A DNA stretch of 20,001 nucleotides, from NCBI GenBank assembly GCA_044356455.1, contig JBIKWF010000081.1, positions 1 through 20,001 on the forward strand, in the 5' to 3' direction. This stretch comes from Bdellovibrionota bacterium. GTDB taxonomy: Bacteria; Bdellovibrionota_C; UBA2361; JBGSMV01. Below are positions 7,935-16,045 of this stretch, in pieces. The translations under genes and the position numbers were made by a program. The notes beneath the pieces are model-generated. The model was not told where the DNA came from and ran no database searches. It worked only from the letters and a program-made list of their open reading frames with translations. Every line of letters begins with the position of its first letter. The stretch's first letter is position 1.

Positions 7935-9854
7935 ATGATGGGGAGTATACGTAAAATCATAGCTGAGGAATATCGCTTTCTTCGCCATGGCCTGGGAAGT
8001 GCTGTTCCGGCAGAACGTGCGCTTTATCATGAGCTCTCACGCGGCATGCTTAAAAGTACGCCGAGTGCCATAGCCGCGAACTTGATATTGGCAGGACTTG
8101 TCGCCCCTTTGGCTTGTCAAAGGTCCGGGCCCCATTGGTTTTTCCTTTGGTGGGCGGGGATGTTTGTGGTTTGTGTACTCAGAGCGCGCGTGCTCAAGGC
8201 CGCGAAGTCGTTGTCTCCCGCTGACGATGGATCCCATGTAAAGTTGTGCCGCTGGCTCATTTTGTTCTCTGGTCTCACCGGGGTTTTATGGGGCTTGCTT
8301 CCTCCCGCGGTGCACTGGAGCCCTAACGAGGGAGACGGTTTATTTGTTCCGTTCCTAGCCGCGGGACTTCCGGCGGGGGCGCTTGCCAGCAGCGCCTATA
8401 TGATGACCTCATTTCTCTTCTTCGCGCTCCCTATCCTGGGAAGTCTCGTATTCTCTCTCCTTTGTCTCCAGCCTGCAGGTTGGCCTATTCTTATCCTGAT
8501 TACGGCTTGTTTCGTACTTTTTCTTGCGCGTGCTTCGACGGCACTTACTCTTGCACTTCGCGAAGCGATTAGGTTGCAAATTGATAGGGAGCAGCTTGCT
8601 GTGCGAGTTGATGCAGCGCTCAATGCGCTGCAGGTGAAAAACGAAGAATTGGATACCGCCCTTAAGGCAGCGAATACCGCCAATGTTTCAAAGTCCGAAT
8701 TCCTTGCAAAAATGAGTCATGAAATTAGAACTCCGATGAACGGGATTATTGGCATGACCTCGCTGGCTCTCGATCGCGTCGAGAATGACGAACAGAGAGA
8801 GGCGCTGACCATCGTTGCAGACTCGGCGAAGCAACTTCTTGGGCTTATCAATGATATTCTCGATCATTCAAAAATTGAGGCAGGCAAGTTGTGCCTCGAG
8901 ATGCTTCCCTTAGATGTGGCATTCGAAGTGCGCCGCCAAGAGCGCTTATTCGCCGTAACTGCACGGCAGGCAGGGGTTGCGCTCTCGTGTGTCGTGGACC
9001 CACATGTCCCTCGCTTTTGCTTAGGCGATGCGCTTCGAATTGGGCAAATATTGTCAAACTTGTTAAGCAACGCAATTAAATTCACCCCAGCGCAAGGTTC
9101 CGTCACCCTGAGTGTGGCCTGCGAGTCCGAGATTAAAGGCGTAGCAACGCTTGTTTTTGCCGTCAAAGATACGGGTGTCGGGATTCGTCCGGAGCAGCAG
9201 CTCTCGATCTTCGATGCGTTTGTGCAAGCGGATAGTTCCGTTACCAGAAGGCACGGCGGCTCTGGGCTTGGTCTGACTATTGCCGCAAATTTAGCAGCGC
9301 TTATGGGCGGTTCGCTTATTTTGGAAAGTGCCGTAGGGAGGGGGAGTACTTTCGTACTTCGTCTACCGCTCGCAGTGACCACAGAACTTGATTTCCTGAG
9401 CCATCGAATTAGGGAGGTAGATCCGCTGGTGCGCGGACTTCCCGCGCCAGATATGAAGGCGGCCCCGATAAGTGTTCTTGTGGCAGAGGATAACCCAGTG
9501 AACCAAAAGCTCGCCGCCCGCATCTTGGAGCGAGAGGGCTTCCAAGTTGAGGTTGCAGCTAACGGAGAGATTGCACTTGCCATGATAGCGAAGTCCTCAT
9601 TTGATATCATTCTCATGGATTGTCAGATGCCTGTTCTGGATGGCTATGAAGCTACGCGGCGTCTACGCCTTGATGCGAATCCCGAAAAGGCTCGCATTCC
9701 GGTCGTGGCACTCACGGCGCACGCCATGGAGGGAGACAGGGAAAAGTGCCTTGCTGCGGGTATGAATGAGTACCTGACGAAGCCCTTTGATCGCGCGAAG
9801 CTTACTGGCCTAATTGCCCGACTTGTTTCAGATTCTTCCCGAAACAGAGCTTAA
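7935..9854 (+). CDS. Membrane-bound hybrid sensor histidine kinase/response regulator
   Basis: About 6 N-terminal TMs. H-box FLAKMSHEIRTPMNG, N-box NLLSNAIKFT, G1 DTGVGI, G2 GGSGLGL. Receiver domain AEDNPVN...MDCQMP...TKP. Start at ATG 7935 or 7938, because the ORF-track start overlaps the AEC gene. Confidence 0.95.
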   Translation: MMGSIRKIIAEEYRFLRHGLGSAVPAERALYHELSRGMLKSTPSAIAANLILAGLVAPLACQRSGPHWFFLWWAGMFVVCVLRARVLKAAKSLSPADDGSHVKLCRWLILFSGLTGVLWGLLPPAVHWSPNEGDGLFVPFLAAGLPAGALASSAYMMTSFLFFALPILGSLVFSLLCLQPAGWPILILITACFVLFLARASTALTLALREAIRLQIDREQLAVRVDAALNALQVKNEELDTALKAANTANVSKSEFLAKMSHEIRTPMNGIIGMTSLALDRVENDEQREALTIVADSAKQLLGLINDILDHSKIEAGKLCLEMLPLDVAFEVRRQERLFAVTARQAGVALSCVVDPHVPRFCLGDALRIGQILSNLLSNAIKFTPAQGSVTLSVACESEIKGVATLVFAVKDTGVGIRPEQQLSIFDAFVQADSSVTRRHGGSGLGLTIAANLAALMGGSLILESAVGRGSTFVLRLPLAVTTELDFLSHRIREVDPLVRGLPAPDMKAAPISVLVAEDNPVNQKLAARILEREGFQVEVAANGEIALAMIAKSSFDIILMDCQMPVLDGYEATRRLRLDANPEKARIPVVALTAHAMEGDREKCLAAGMNEYLTKPFDRAKLTGLIARLVSDSSRNRA

Positions 9855-9943
9855 ACGGGCCTGCCGCGCTCCGGTAGCGCCGCGTGTTCTAGGCTCAGTG
9901 CTTGCCTGGGCCCGGGTCTCTGCTAGTCTCAATTCTCGGAGAA

Positions 9944-9961
9944 GACTTTTTCAGAGGTTCC
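9944..9961. repeat. Solo terminal inverted repeat of the MITE family
   Basis: GACTTTTTCAGAGGTTCC followed by CCAA. Its reverse complement GGAACCTCTGAAAAAGTC matches the ends of copies A-C. Confidence 0.6.
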
Positions 9962-10048
9962 CCAAGGAAGCTTCTTAGTCCATTGTGGTGAATTGGCAGG
10001 CCGGCTTTTCCTTAGCGCGACCTCGTCATCCAGCTGGTTCGATGATTC

Positions 10049-12313
10049 ATGAATATCATTGCTTCTTTCAATTCAGGTTCGCACCGTGAACCTCATCGGC
10101 CGGACTCTTCTTCTGATGGAGCGCCAAGCACCGGTTCTGCTGCTCACGGGCCTTCCTCTGGATCTGTGGCGCGTCGTGAAATAGGAGAAGTACCTGCGTT
10201 GCCCCTTGCGCCAGGCACTCTCCCTCTTGTCTTTACGTGGCATTCCGCCGGTTCAGAATCTGTCGAGGAACGTGATGGTCGGGAACGTGATGGCCAGGAA
10301 CGTGAGTTCAGGACGAGCCCGGCTCGTGGAGCCGTTTCTCGAGTAGGCAGAACGTTACCCGGGGCGGCCTTGGTTGACGAGCTCATGGGTTTGGCACGCT
10401 CGATGGCTCGCTCGGGAGAGGGAGATCCGATGCAGCCTGCCCAGCAGGCGCTCGTAGAGCTTTCGAAAGCGTCTCCTCCTTATGCCCAGCCCTTACTCGC
10501 TTCGGTTATCACCTCTCTGCTTGAGTGCGCGCGCCTCGAGGCCAGGTCAAATCGTTTTGATTCAGCGGAGAAATTCGCTTCGATCGCGAGCCTCTTTTCT
10601 ACGACTCACTCTGGCACCTTGGATAGTACTTTGACCGGAGAGAGCCTGCGAGCGACTGCGTTGCAGCTTACCCTTGGACTCGTAGAAGACCCTCCCAAGA
10701 AAGAGCGAGTTGCTGGTCTCGCGCGCGAGCTTGAGGAAGCTTCGCCGGTGCTTGCCGCCATGCCGCCCGAGGTGCAGGCCGAGGTCTGCATAGCGCAAGC
10801 AGAGTATTTCTTTCGCCTTCGAGAGCCTGAGATTCTTGCGGCATCGCGCGAACTCTCAGCCCTCACTCTTCTGCGAGACAGGCTCAAAAATCTTTTGGCA
10901 GTCGAGCGGTCGAGTTTATCGCCTGAGCACCGGGCCCACCTATCCCTTCAACTTGGAACGGCTCTTGTGTCGCTCGGTGATCTGCCACAGGGCTTAGAAC
11001 AACTTCGCATGTCGCAACAAATGGCGGATTGGACTGGGGCATTTGGACCGCTTCTTCGAGGTTCGCTCTTCCATCGCTTGGGCGAGGCTCTCGCACTTCG
11101 GCATTCTCTCTCGGGAGCTGAGCTCAGCGAGGCTCTCGGTTATTTTGAGGGTGCGGCGTGTACGTTTGGGGCCCCGGGTCTCCCAAGCCCAGGTGCGCGA
11201 ATGCGTTCTGAGCTCGCAGTCCTTCGTACCCTTAGAGATTCTAACCGCTGGCCAGACGCCATCCTTCGCCTCGAGGCGTTTCTTGAAACCCATAACGAGG
11301 TGTTCAATCGGTACCCCCTGGATCATGCGGAGATTTTGCTGGAAGCCGCAGTCACCTATGCAGGAAATGGCCACGTCGAGGGTGTGCACTCAGCCCGGCA
11401 ACGCGTGATCTCACTGTTATCCGAGGTGGCTCTTGTAGAGAAGGCTGCATGCAGGGCCGAGAGGGGATTGGGGATACAGGCTCAGGGGCGCGCGGGAATC
11501 CCCTCGGTGCTTTACCCTTGGTGTGAGCGCAGCAGTAGCCGGATTTCTAATCTGATCTCGAAAGCGGTTATTTTCTCGGTTGATAATGCTCAGCCGGGCT
11601 CGGTTCGCGAGCTCGCGCGCCGGGCTTTCGAGCTTTATTCGAAGGACCCAGATAGCGCCGCAAGAGCGCGAGCGATTCAAGATCACGCGCTAGTAGAAGC
11701 TGCGATCGCAATTAGGTCTCAACAAAGTATACTGCCGCCTCTGACCCTGACGCCACTTTGTGCAGCCCAGCTGTCTGCCTTGGCTGATGTCGTAAAAGGT
11801 ACCATTGGAGATATCAGCCTTTTGCCCGAGGCTCAGCGGGCAGCGATGGTAATGCGTAATCATCGAGTGCTGGCGCTGCTCGAGCTTGCACAGGGTAAGT
11901 GCGATACCTTCGCAGTGCGGGCGCAGAACCTTCTTTCTCTTGGTCAGCGTCTCGTCGTCTTAGGTAGTTCTGAACTTAAGCTCGAATTCGCGCGCGCTGC
12001 GCTTGAAGCAGCTCGTGGGCTGACTAATCGATGGGATTTTGCGAGTGGATATCTGCAATCCATTACACATAAAACGGAAGACCCTGTGTCCGAGGATGTC
12101 CGCCGTCTGTATATTGCAGCAGAGCGCGGATTGTCGCTCGGAGCGGGTCCTCTCTCGTTCCCCGCATTTCTAGCTCTCCAGGGGGTATGCCAAACTGACC
12201 GCGTAGCCGCTGCTTCTTCGGCGCGAAATCTTGAGATGCGCGCTGATATGAAACTTCGCCTCGAGGAACTCGATCGGGTGTATTATTGCTACGGCATTGA
12301 GGCCTTCGAGTAG
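10049..12313 (+). CDS. Large alpha-helical/TPR-like hypothetical protein with a disordered N-terminus
   Basis: 754-aa ORF. TPR-like segments LQLGTALVSLGDLPQGLEQL and FHRLGEALA...EALGYFEGA. S/P/G-rich first ~100 aa including a 15-bp repeat (10267-10305). Confidence 0.75.
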   Translation: MNIIASFNSGSHREPHRPDSSSDGAPSTGSAAHGPSSGSVARREIGEVPALPLAPGTLPLVFTWHSAGSESVEERDGRERDGQEREFRTSPARGAVSRVGRTLPGAALVDELMGLARSMARSGEGDPMQPAQQALVELSKASPPYAQPLLASVITSLLECARLEARSNRFDSAEKFASIASLFSTTHSGTLDSTLTGESLRATALQLTLGLVEDPPKKERVAGLARELEEASPVLAAMPPEVQAEVCIAQAEYFFRLREPEILAASRELSALTLLRDRLKNLLAVERSSLSPEHRAHLSLQLGTALVSLGDLPQGLEQLRMSQQMADWTGAFGPLLRGSLFHRLGEALALRHSLSGAELSEALGYFEGAACTFGAPGLPSPGARMRSELAVLRTLRDSNRWPDAILRLEAFLETHNEVFNRYPLDHAEILLEAAVTYAGNGHVEGVHSARQRVISLLSEVALVEKAACRAERGLGIQAQGRAGIPSVLYPWCERSSSRISNLISKAVIFSVDNAQPGSVRELARRAFELYSKDPDSAARARAIQDHALVEAAIAIRSQQSILPPLTLTPLCAAQLSALADVVKGTIGDISLLPEAQRAAMVMRNHRVLALLELAQGKCDTFAVRAQNLLSLGQRLVVLGSSELKLEFARAALEAARGLTNRWDFASGYLQSITHKTEDPVSEDVRRLYIAAERGLSLGAGPLSFPAFLALQGVCQTDRVAAASSARNLEMRADMKLRLEELDRVYYCYGIEAFE

Positions 12314-12316
12314 CTT

Positions 12317-12814
12317 TTATGGTCGGCGCGGGCTTGTTTTTTCATTGATCCAGCGCCATCGCGCTCGGATTACTTCCGGGAGTCGGCTGAGAGAGTTGTC
12401 GCCTGGTGAGACCGAAGTGGTGTAAGGCAAGCGCCCCCCAATTCTGAAATCAAAATGAAATGTTTTCCCGGCACAAACAACCTGGAGGCCCGTGGTGTTT
12501 GGCGTTGCATGAGAGGCTCGAGGCTCAACCTGCGCAGATAGGATGAGTGAGCGCTCAAGGCATGGCTGGTAGCTCAATCGAGGAGAAAATGCAGGAGTAA
12601 GCGCTTTTTGAGGCGCAAGAGGCAGAAGTTTCTGAATTGCTTCCGGGGCAGGTCTCGAGAACGACTTGAACAGACAAAAAAGGAGGGGAAGCCGAAATTT
12701 AATACCACATCCCCCACAATAAAAATCGCGATGGAAAAGTCCCTGCGCTAGCCTACGCGGCTTTCGAACCTTTGCGGATCTGCATATTGGGCAGCGCGTC
12801 TTGGTCGAGAACAT
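12317..12814 (-). CDS. Hypothetical protein with an N-terminal CxxC-CxxC zinc-ribbon motif
   Basis: ATG 12814 is preceded by GAGGAAAGG. CPIC...FYCGGC. Ends 3 nt from the stop of the convergent gene. Confidence 0.5.
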   Translation of the reverse strand: MFSTKTRCPICRSAKVRKPRRLAQGLFHRDFYCGGCGIKFRLPLLFCLFKSFSRPAPEAIQKLLPLAPQKALTPAFSPRLSYQPCLERSLILSAQVEPRASHATPNTTGLQVVCAGKTFHFDFRIGGRLPYTTSVSPGDNSLSRLPEVIRARWRWINEKTSPRRP

Positions 12815-12956
12815 GAAATCCCTTTCCTCTTGAGTCTCATGGCTCAATCCTTTGAGCCATGGGCCTATGCCAGGTGGAGCCTTCTCGTCCCTAAAGCTGG
12901 TATCGAAAGTGCTTCCACTCAGGCGTGCTCATGCGATGCCTTTTGGGGCGCGCAAG

Positions 12957-12988
12957 TTATCCACAGTTATCCACAGGCCTGTGAATAA
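12957..12988. promoter_or_regulatory. Cluster of three DnaA boxes
   Basis: TTATCCACA (12957-12965), TTATCCACA (12967-12975) and inverted TGTGAATAA (12980-12988). All fit TTWTNCACA. Confidence 0.8.
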
Positions 12989-13261
12989 CTGATCGACTTC
13001 CCTCTTGAGCAACTTAAGCCGCAAGTGCTTGGTAACTTGGGTGAGGGGCTTCTTTCGCCCCAAAAGAAATTCATCTGGCGCCTGAAAATAGTCAGTGGTC
13101 TCTGTTGGTTAAGCCTGAGCGCGCAGTTTCGAAGATAGAAATTTGGGACTTCCTGCAGAAACTAACTGCGTTCTGAATGGGGTAGTGAGGCCCAGGAGAC
13201 CTCGCCCTCAGCCTCATATTTCTGCTAGGTTAGCCCCTCACGTAATTGCAGGAATATTAAG

Positions 13262-14947
13262 ATGGCAGAGAAGTACATTTTTACCATGCACCGGGTGAAC
13301 AAGACGTTCCCGCCCTCAAAGCAGGTGCTCCGAGATATCAGTCTTTCATTCTTTCATGGCGCCAAAATAGGCGTACTTGGACTTAACGGGTCAGGAAAAT
13401 CGACCTTGCTCAAGATCATGGCGGGGATAGAGAAGGAGTTTTCGGGAGAGGCGCGAGCCGCAGAGGGCATCTCCATCGGCTATCTCCCGCAAGAGCCGGT
13501 ACTGGATGACACAAAATCAGTGCGGGACAATGTGTTGCTTGGCCTTGGCCCCGTAGTCGACCTCCTTAAAGAATTCGAAGATATTTCTGCAAAGATGGGC
13601 GACCCAGATCTGGATCCCGATCTGATGGAAAAGCTTCTCACTCGCCAAGCTGAGGTGCAGGAGCATATCGACGTGGCGAATGGATGGGACCTGGACCGGA
13701 CCATAGAGGTTGCCTCAGAAGCACTCAGACTCCCGCCACCCGACGCGATGGTGAAAAGCCTCTCAGGAGGTGAGCGGCGCCGTGTCGCTCTTGCGAAGCT
13801 CTTGCTTCAGAAGCCTGACATGCTGCTCCTTGATGAGCCCACGAATCACCTTGACGCCGAGTCCGTTCTTTGGCTGGAGCAGTTTCTAAAGAACTTCGAA
13901 GGAACTGTGGTCGCGGTTACCCATGATCGCTACTTCCTAGATAACATCGCGGGATGGATTCTCGAACTCGACCGCGGTCATGGCATCCCTTGGGAAGGGA
14001 ATTATTCTTCATGGCTTGAACAGAAGCAAAAGCGCCTTGATCAAGAAGAACGCTCAGAGAATAAGAGGCAAAAGACTCTTGAGCGAGAACTTGAGTGGAT
14101 CCGCATGAGTCCGCGTGCGCGGCAAGCGAAGAGCAAGGCGCGTATCAATGCCTATGAGCAAATGGTGGCGGATGACCGGCCTGAGAAGATGGAGCAGGTG
14201 GAAATCTATATTCCTTCAGGTCCACGGCTAGGAGATCTTGTTATCGAAGCCAAGGACGTTTCGAAAGCCTTTGGCGACCGTCTGCTGATTGAGAATTTCT
14301 CGTGCACCATTCCGCGCGGCGCGATCGTTGGAATTATTGGACCGAACGGCGCCGGTAAATCGACGCTGTTCAAGATGATAATTGCCCAGGAGAAGCCTGA
14401 TAGTGGCACGATGCGTATCGGTGATACGGTCAAACTCGCCTATGTGGATCAGAATCGTGAGACGCTAAACGGGGACCGCACCGTGGTGGAAGAAGTCTGC
14501 GATGGAAATCCCAGCGAGATCATTGCGCTCGGCAAGAACGAAGTAAACGCACGAAGCTATCTTGCCAGATTTAGCTTTACGGGAGCGGATCAGCAAAAGA
14601 AAGTAAAGGTCCTCTCAGGTGGAGAGCGTAATCGTTTGCAGATGGCGAAGCTCCTTAAGTCGCAGGGGAACGTTCTGCTCCTCGATGAACCTTCAAATGA
14701 CCTTGACGTAAATACGCTCCGCGCGCTCGAAGATGCACTCTTAGAGTTTGTGGGCTGCGTGCTCGTCATTAGCCATGATCGCTGGTTTCTCGACCGAATT
14801 TGTACCCATATTCTTGCCTTCGAGGGCGATAGTAAGGTCATTCTCGTAGAGGGAAATTTCCAAGATTATGAAGAGGACAAGAAGAAACGCTTAGGGGCTG
14901 ATTCAGTAGAGCCGAAGCGCATCAAGTTTAAGAAGTTAGGGAACTAG
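13262..14947 (+). CDS. ettA: Energy-dependent translational throttle protein EttA (ABC-F)
   Basis: N-terminus YIFTMHRVNKTFPPSKQVLRDISLSFFHGAKIGVLGLNGSGKST. Two ABC domains (LSGGE, LLLDEP) with the linker LERELEWIRMSPRARQAKSKAR. No TM. AGGA RBS. Confidence 0.97.
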   Translation: MAEKYIFTMHRVNKTFPPSKQVLRDISLSFFHGAKIGVLGLNGSGKSTLLKIMAGIEKEFSGEARAAEGISIGYLPQEPVLDDTKSVRDNVLLGLGPVVDLLKEFEDISAKMGDPDLDPDLMEKLLTRQAEVQEHIDVANGWDLDRTIEVASEALRLPPPDAMVKSLSGGERRRVALAKLLLQKPDMLLLDEPTNHLDAESVLWLEQFLKNFEGTVVAVTHDRYFLDNIAGWILELDRGHGIPWEGNYSSWLEQKQKRLDQEERSENKRQKTLERELEWIRMSPRARQAKSKARINAYEQMVADDRPEKMEQVEIYIPSGPRLGDLVIEAKDVSKAFGDRLLIENFSCTIPRGAIVGIIGPNGAGKSTLFKMIIAQEKPDSGTMRIGDTVKLAYVDQNRETLNGDRTVVEEVCDGNPSEIIALGKNEVNARSYLARFSFTGADQQKKVKVLSGGERNRLQMAKLLKSQGNVLLLDEPSNDLDVNTLRALEDALLEFVGCVLVISHDRWFLDRICTHILAFEGDSKVILVEGNFQDYEEDKKKRLGADSVEPKRIKFKKLGN

Positions 14948-14980
14948 GAAACTTTTGCCATAAAGCTCCGATAAGAGAGC

Positions 14981-15784
14981 ATGGTAAAAATATTCTCCCT
15001 TATCGTTAGCCTCCTTTTGTTCCAAAATTCCCTCGTTGCGGAACCGTTCTTCGTTGCGGCACCGCCCAACGGAGAGGTTGTAGCCATCGATGTCCCGCCC
15101 GGGTTTGATGACTCTATTGTGGTCTACTTGGCCTCTGGCGCGGCGCATTCCAGTAATGTTGCCCTCGGGATAGCGGGACCCGAAGGGACTGACGCTGAGC
15201 TCCTGGCGGGGAGCCTTCGCGGTGGGATTGAGGCGGCTCAGGCTCAGCTCACCCAAGCGCCGCTTTTAAGTGTGGCGACGAGCTCAGAGGGCGTCTTACG
15301 TATTGCTGAGGGCGTGGCTCTTTTTGCAAAAGATTCCTGCCGTTCGCAGGGACGGAGTGTCATTCAGCTTAGGATTTCTCTCAAAGGAATAGATCCTGCC
15401 CAACGTGCACAAGGCGTGAGGCTGATGGCCTTCTTGCAGGAGAAACGCTATCGAGGCCCTATGGCAGCATCTATTAAGCCTCGCGCGGATGGGCGCTTTG
15501 CCCCTCAGCCTCTCTTGCTCATGTCTTCGGTCTCGGCAACTCTCGGCGGAAAAGAAGCGATCTTCCAATTTCGCTTTCGAGGTGCCAGCCAGCCGCAAAC
15601 AAAGCAAGTTCCGATTGCAGACTACGTTCCTTATAAAAATCTCTTGCTCACAAGAAGTCCTATTGAAGGACTAATGAAACAAGGTGGGCGTGCCACCTTT
15701 ATTCTTGTGGGAGAGAAAGCCAGTTATTCAGTGTGTTTTGAAATGGCGCGCAAGCGGCAGGTGAGGAATGGTTATCCGATGTGA
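14981..15784 (+). CDS. Secreted hypothetical protein
   Basis: 267 aa with signal peptide MVKIFSLIVSLLLFQNSLVA. Lies 33 nt downstream of ettA on the same strand. Confidence 0.75.
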   Translation: MVKIFSLIVSLLLFQNSLVAEPFFVAAPPNGEVVAIDVPPGFDDSIVVYLASGAAHSSNVALGIAGPEGTDAELLAGSLRGGIEAAQAQLTQAPLLSVATSSEGVLRIAEGVALFAKDSCRSQGRSVIQLRISLKGIDPAQRAQGVRLMAFLQEKRYRGPMAASIKPRADGRFAPQPLLLMSSVSATLGGKEAIFQFRFRGASQPQTKQVPIADYVPYKNLLLTRSPIEGLMKQGGRATFILVGEKASYSVCFEMARKRQVRNGYPM

Positions 15785-15847
15785 CTTCATTACTAACGGT
15801 GGACTAGGGCGGAGGTGGACTGGAAGTTCTATTGATAGGTTTCCTAA

Positions 15848-16045
15848 GGAGCCTCTGAAAAACCTAAAAATCGCGCTTCTTCTTTCCTGTTTTCCCTCCG
15901 CGTACCCCGCGTCCTCCGCGTTATTCAATAGTTTTCAATTAAAGTGGAGCCGGCTGCGCCGAGCCTGGCTTCAGTGCAGCCGCGACGCAGCTTTGGCGGA
16001 GCCGGGGTCGCTGAGTACGCGGAGGGGGAGTTTCTCAGAGGTTTT
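15848..16045. mobile_element. MITE-like element, copy C (longer, divergent interior)
   Basis: CTAA|GGAGCCTCTGAAAAACC ... GAGTTTCTCAGAGGTTTT|CTAA (CTAA direct repeat at 15844-15847 and 16046-16049). Internal CCCTCCGCGTAC (15894-15905) / GTACGCGGAGGG (16015-16026). Confidence 0.75.

Noticed and set aside
8864..9616. 250-aa minus-strand ORF, and 19469..19981 minus ORF
   Set aside because: Antisense to the conserved histidine kinase and nuoD respectively.
13262..14947. Antibiotic-resistance ABC-F
   Set aside because: The N-terminus and linker match housekeeping EttA.
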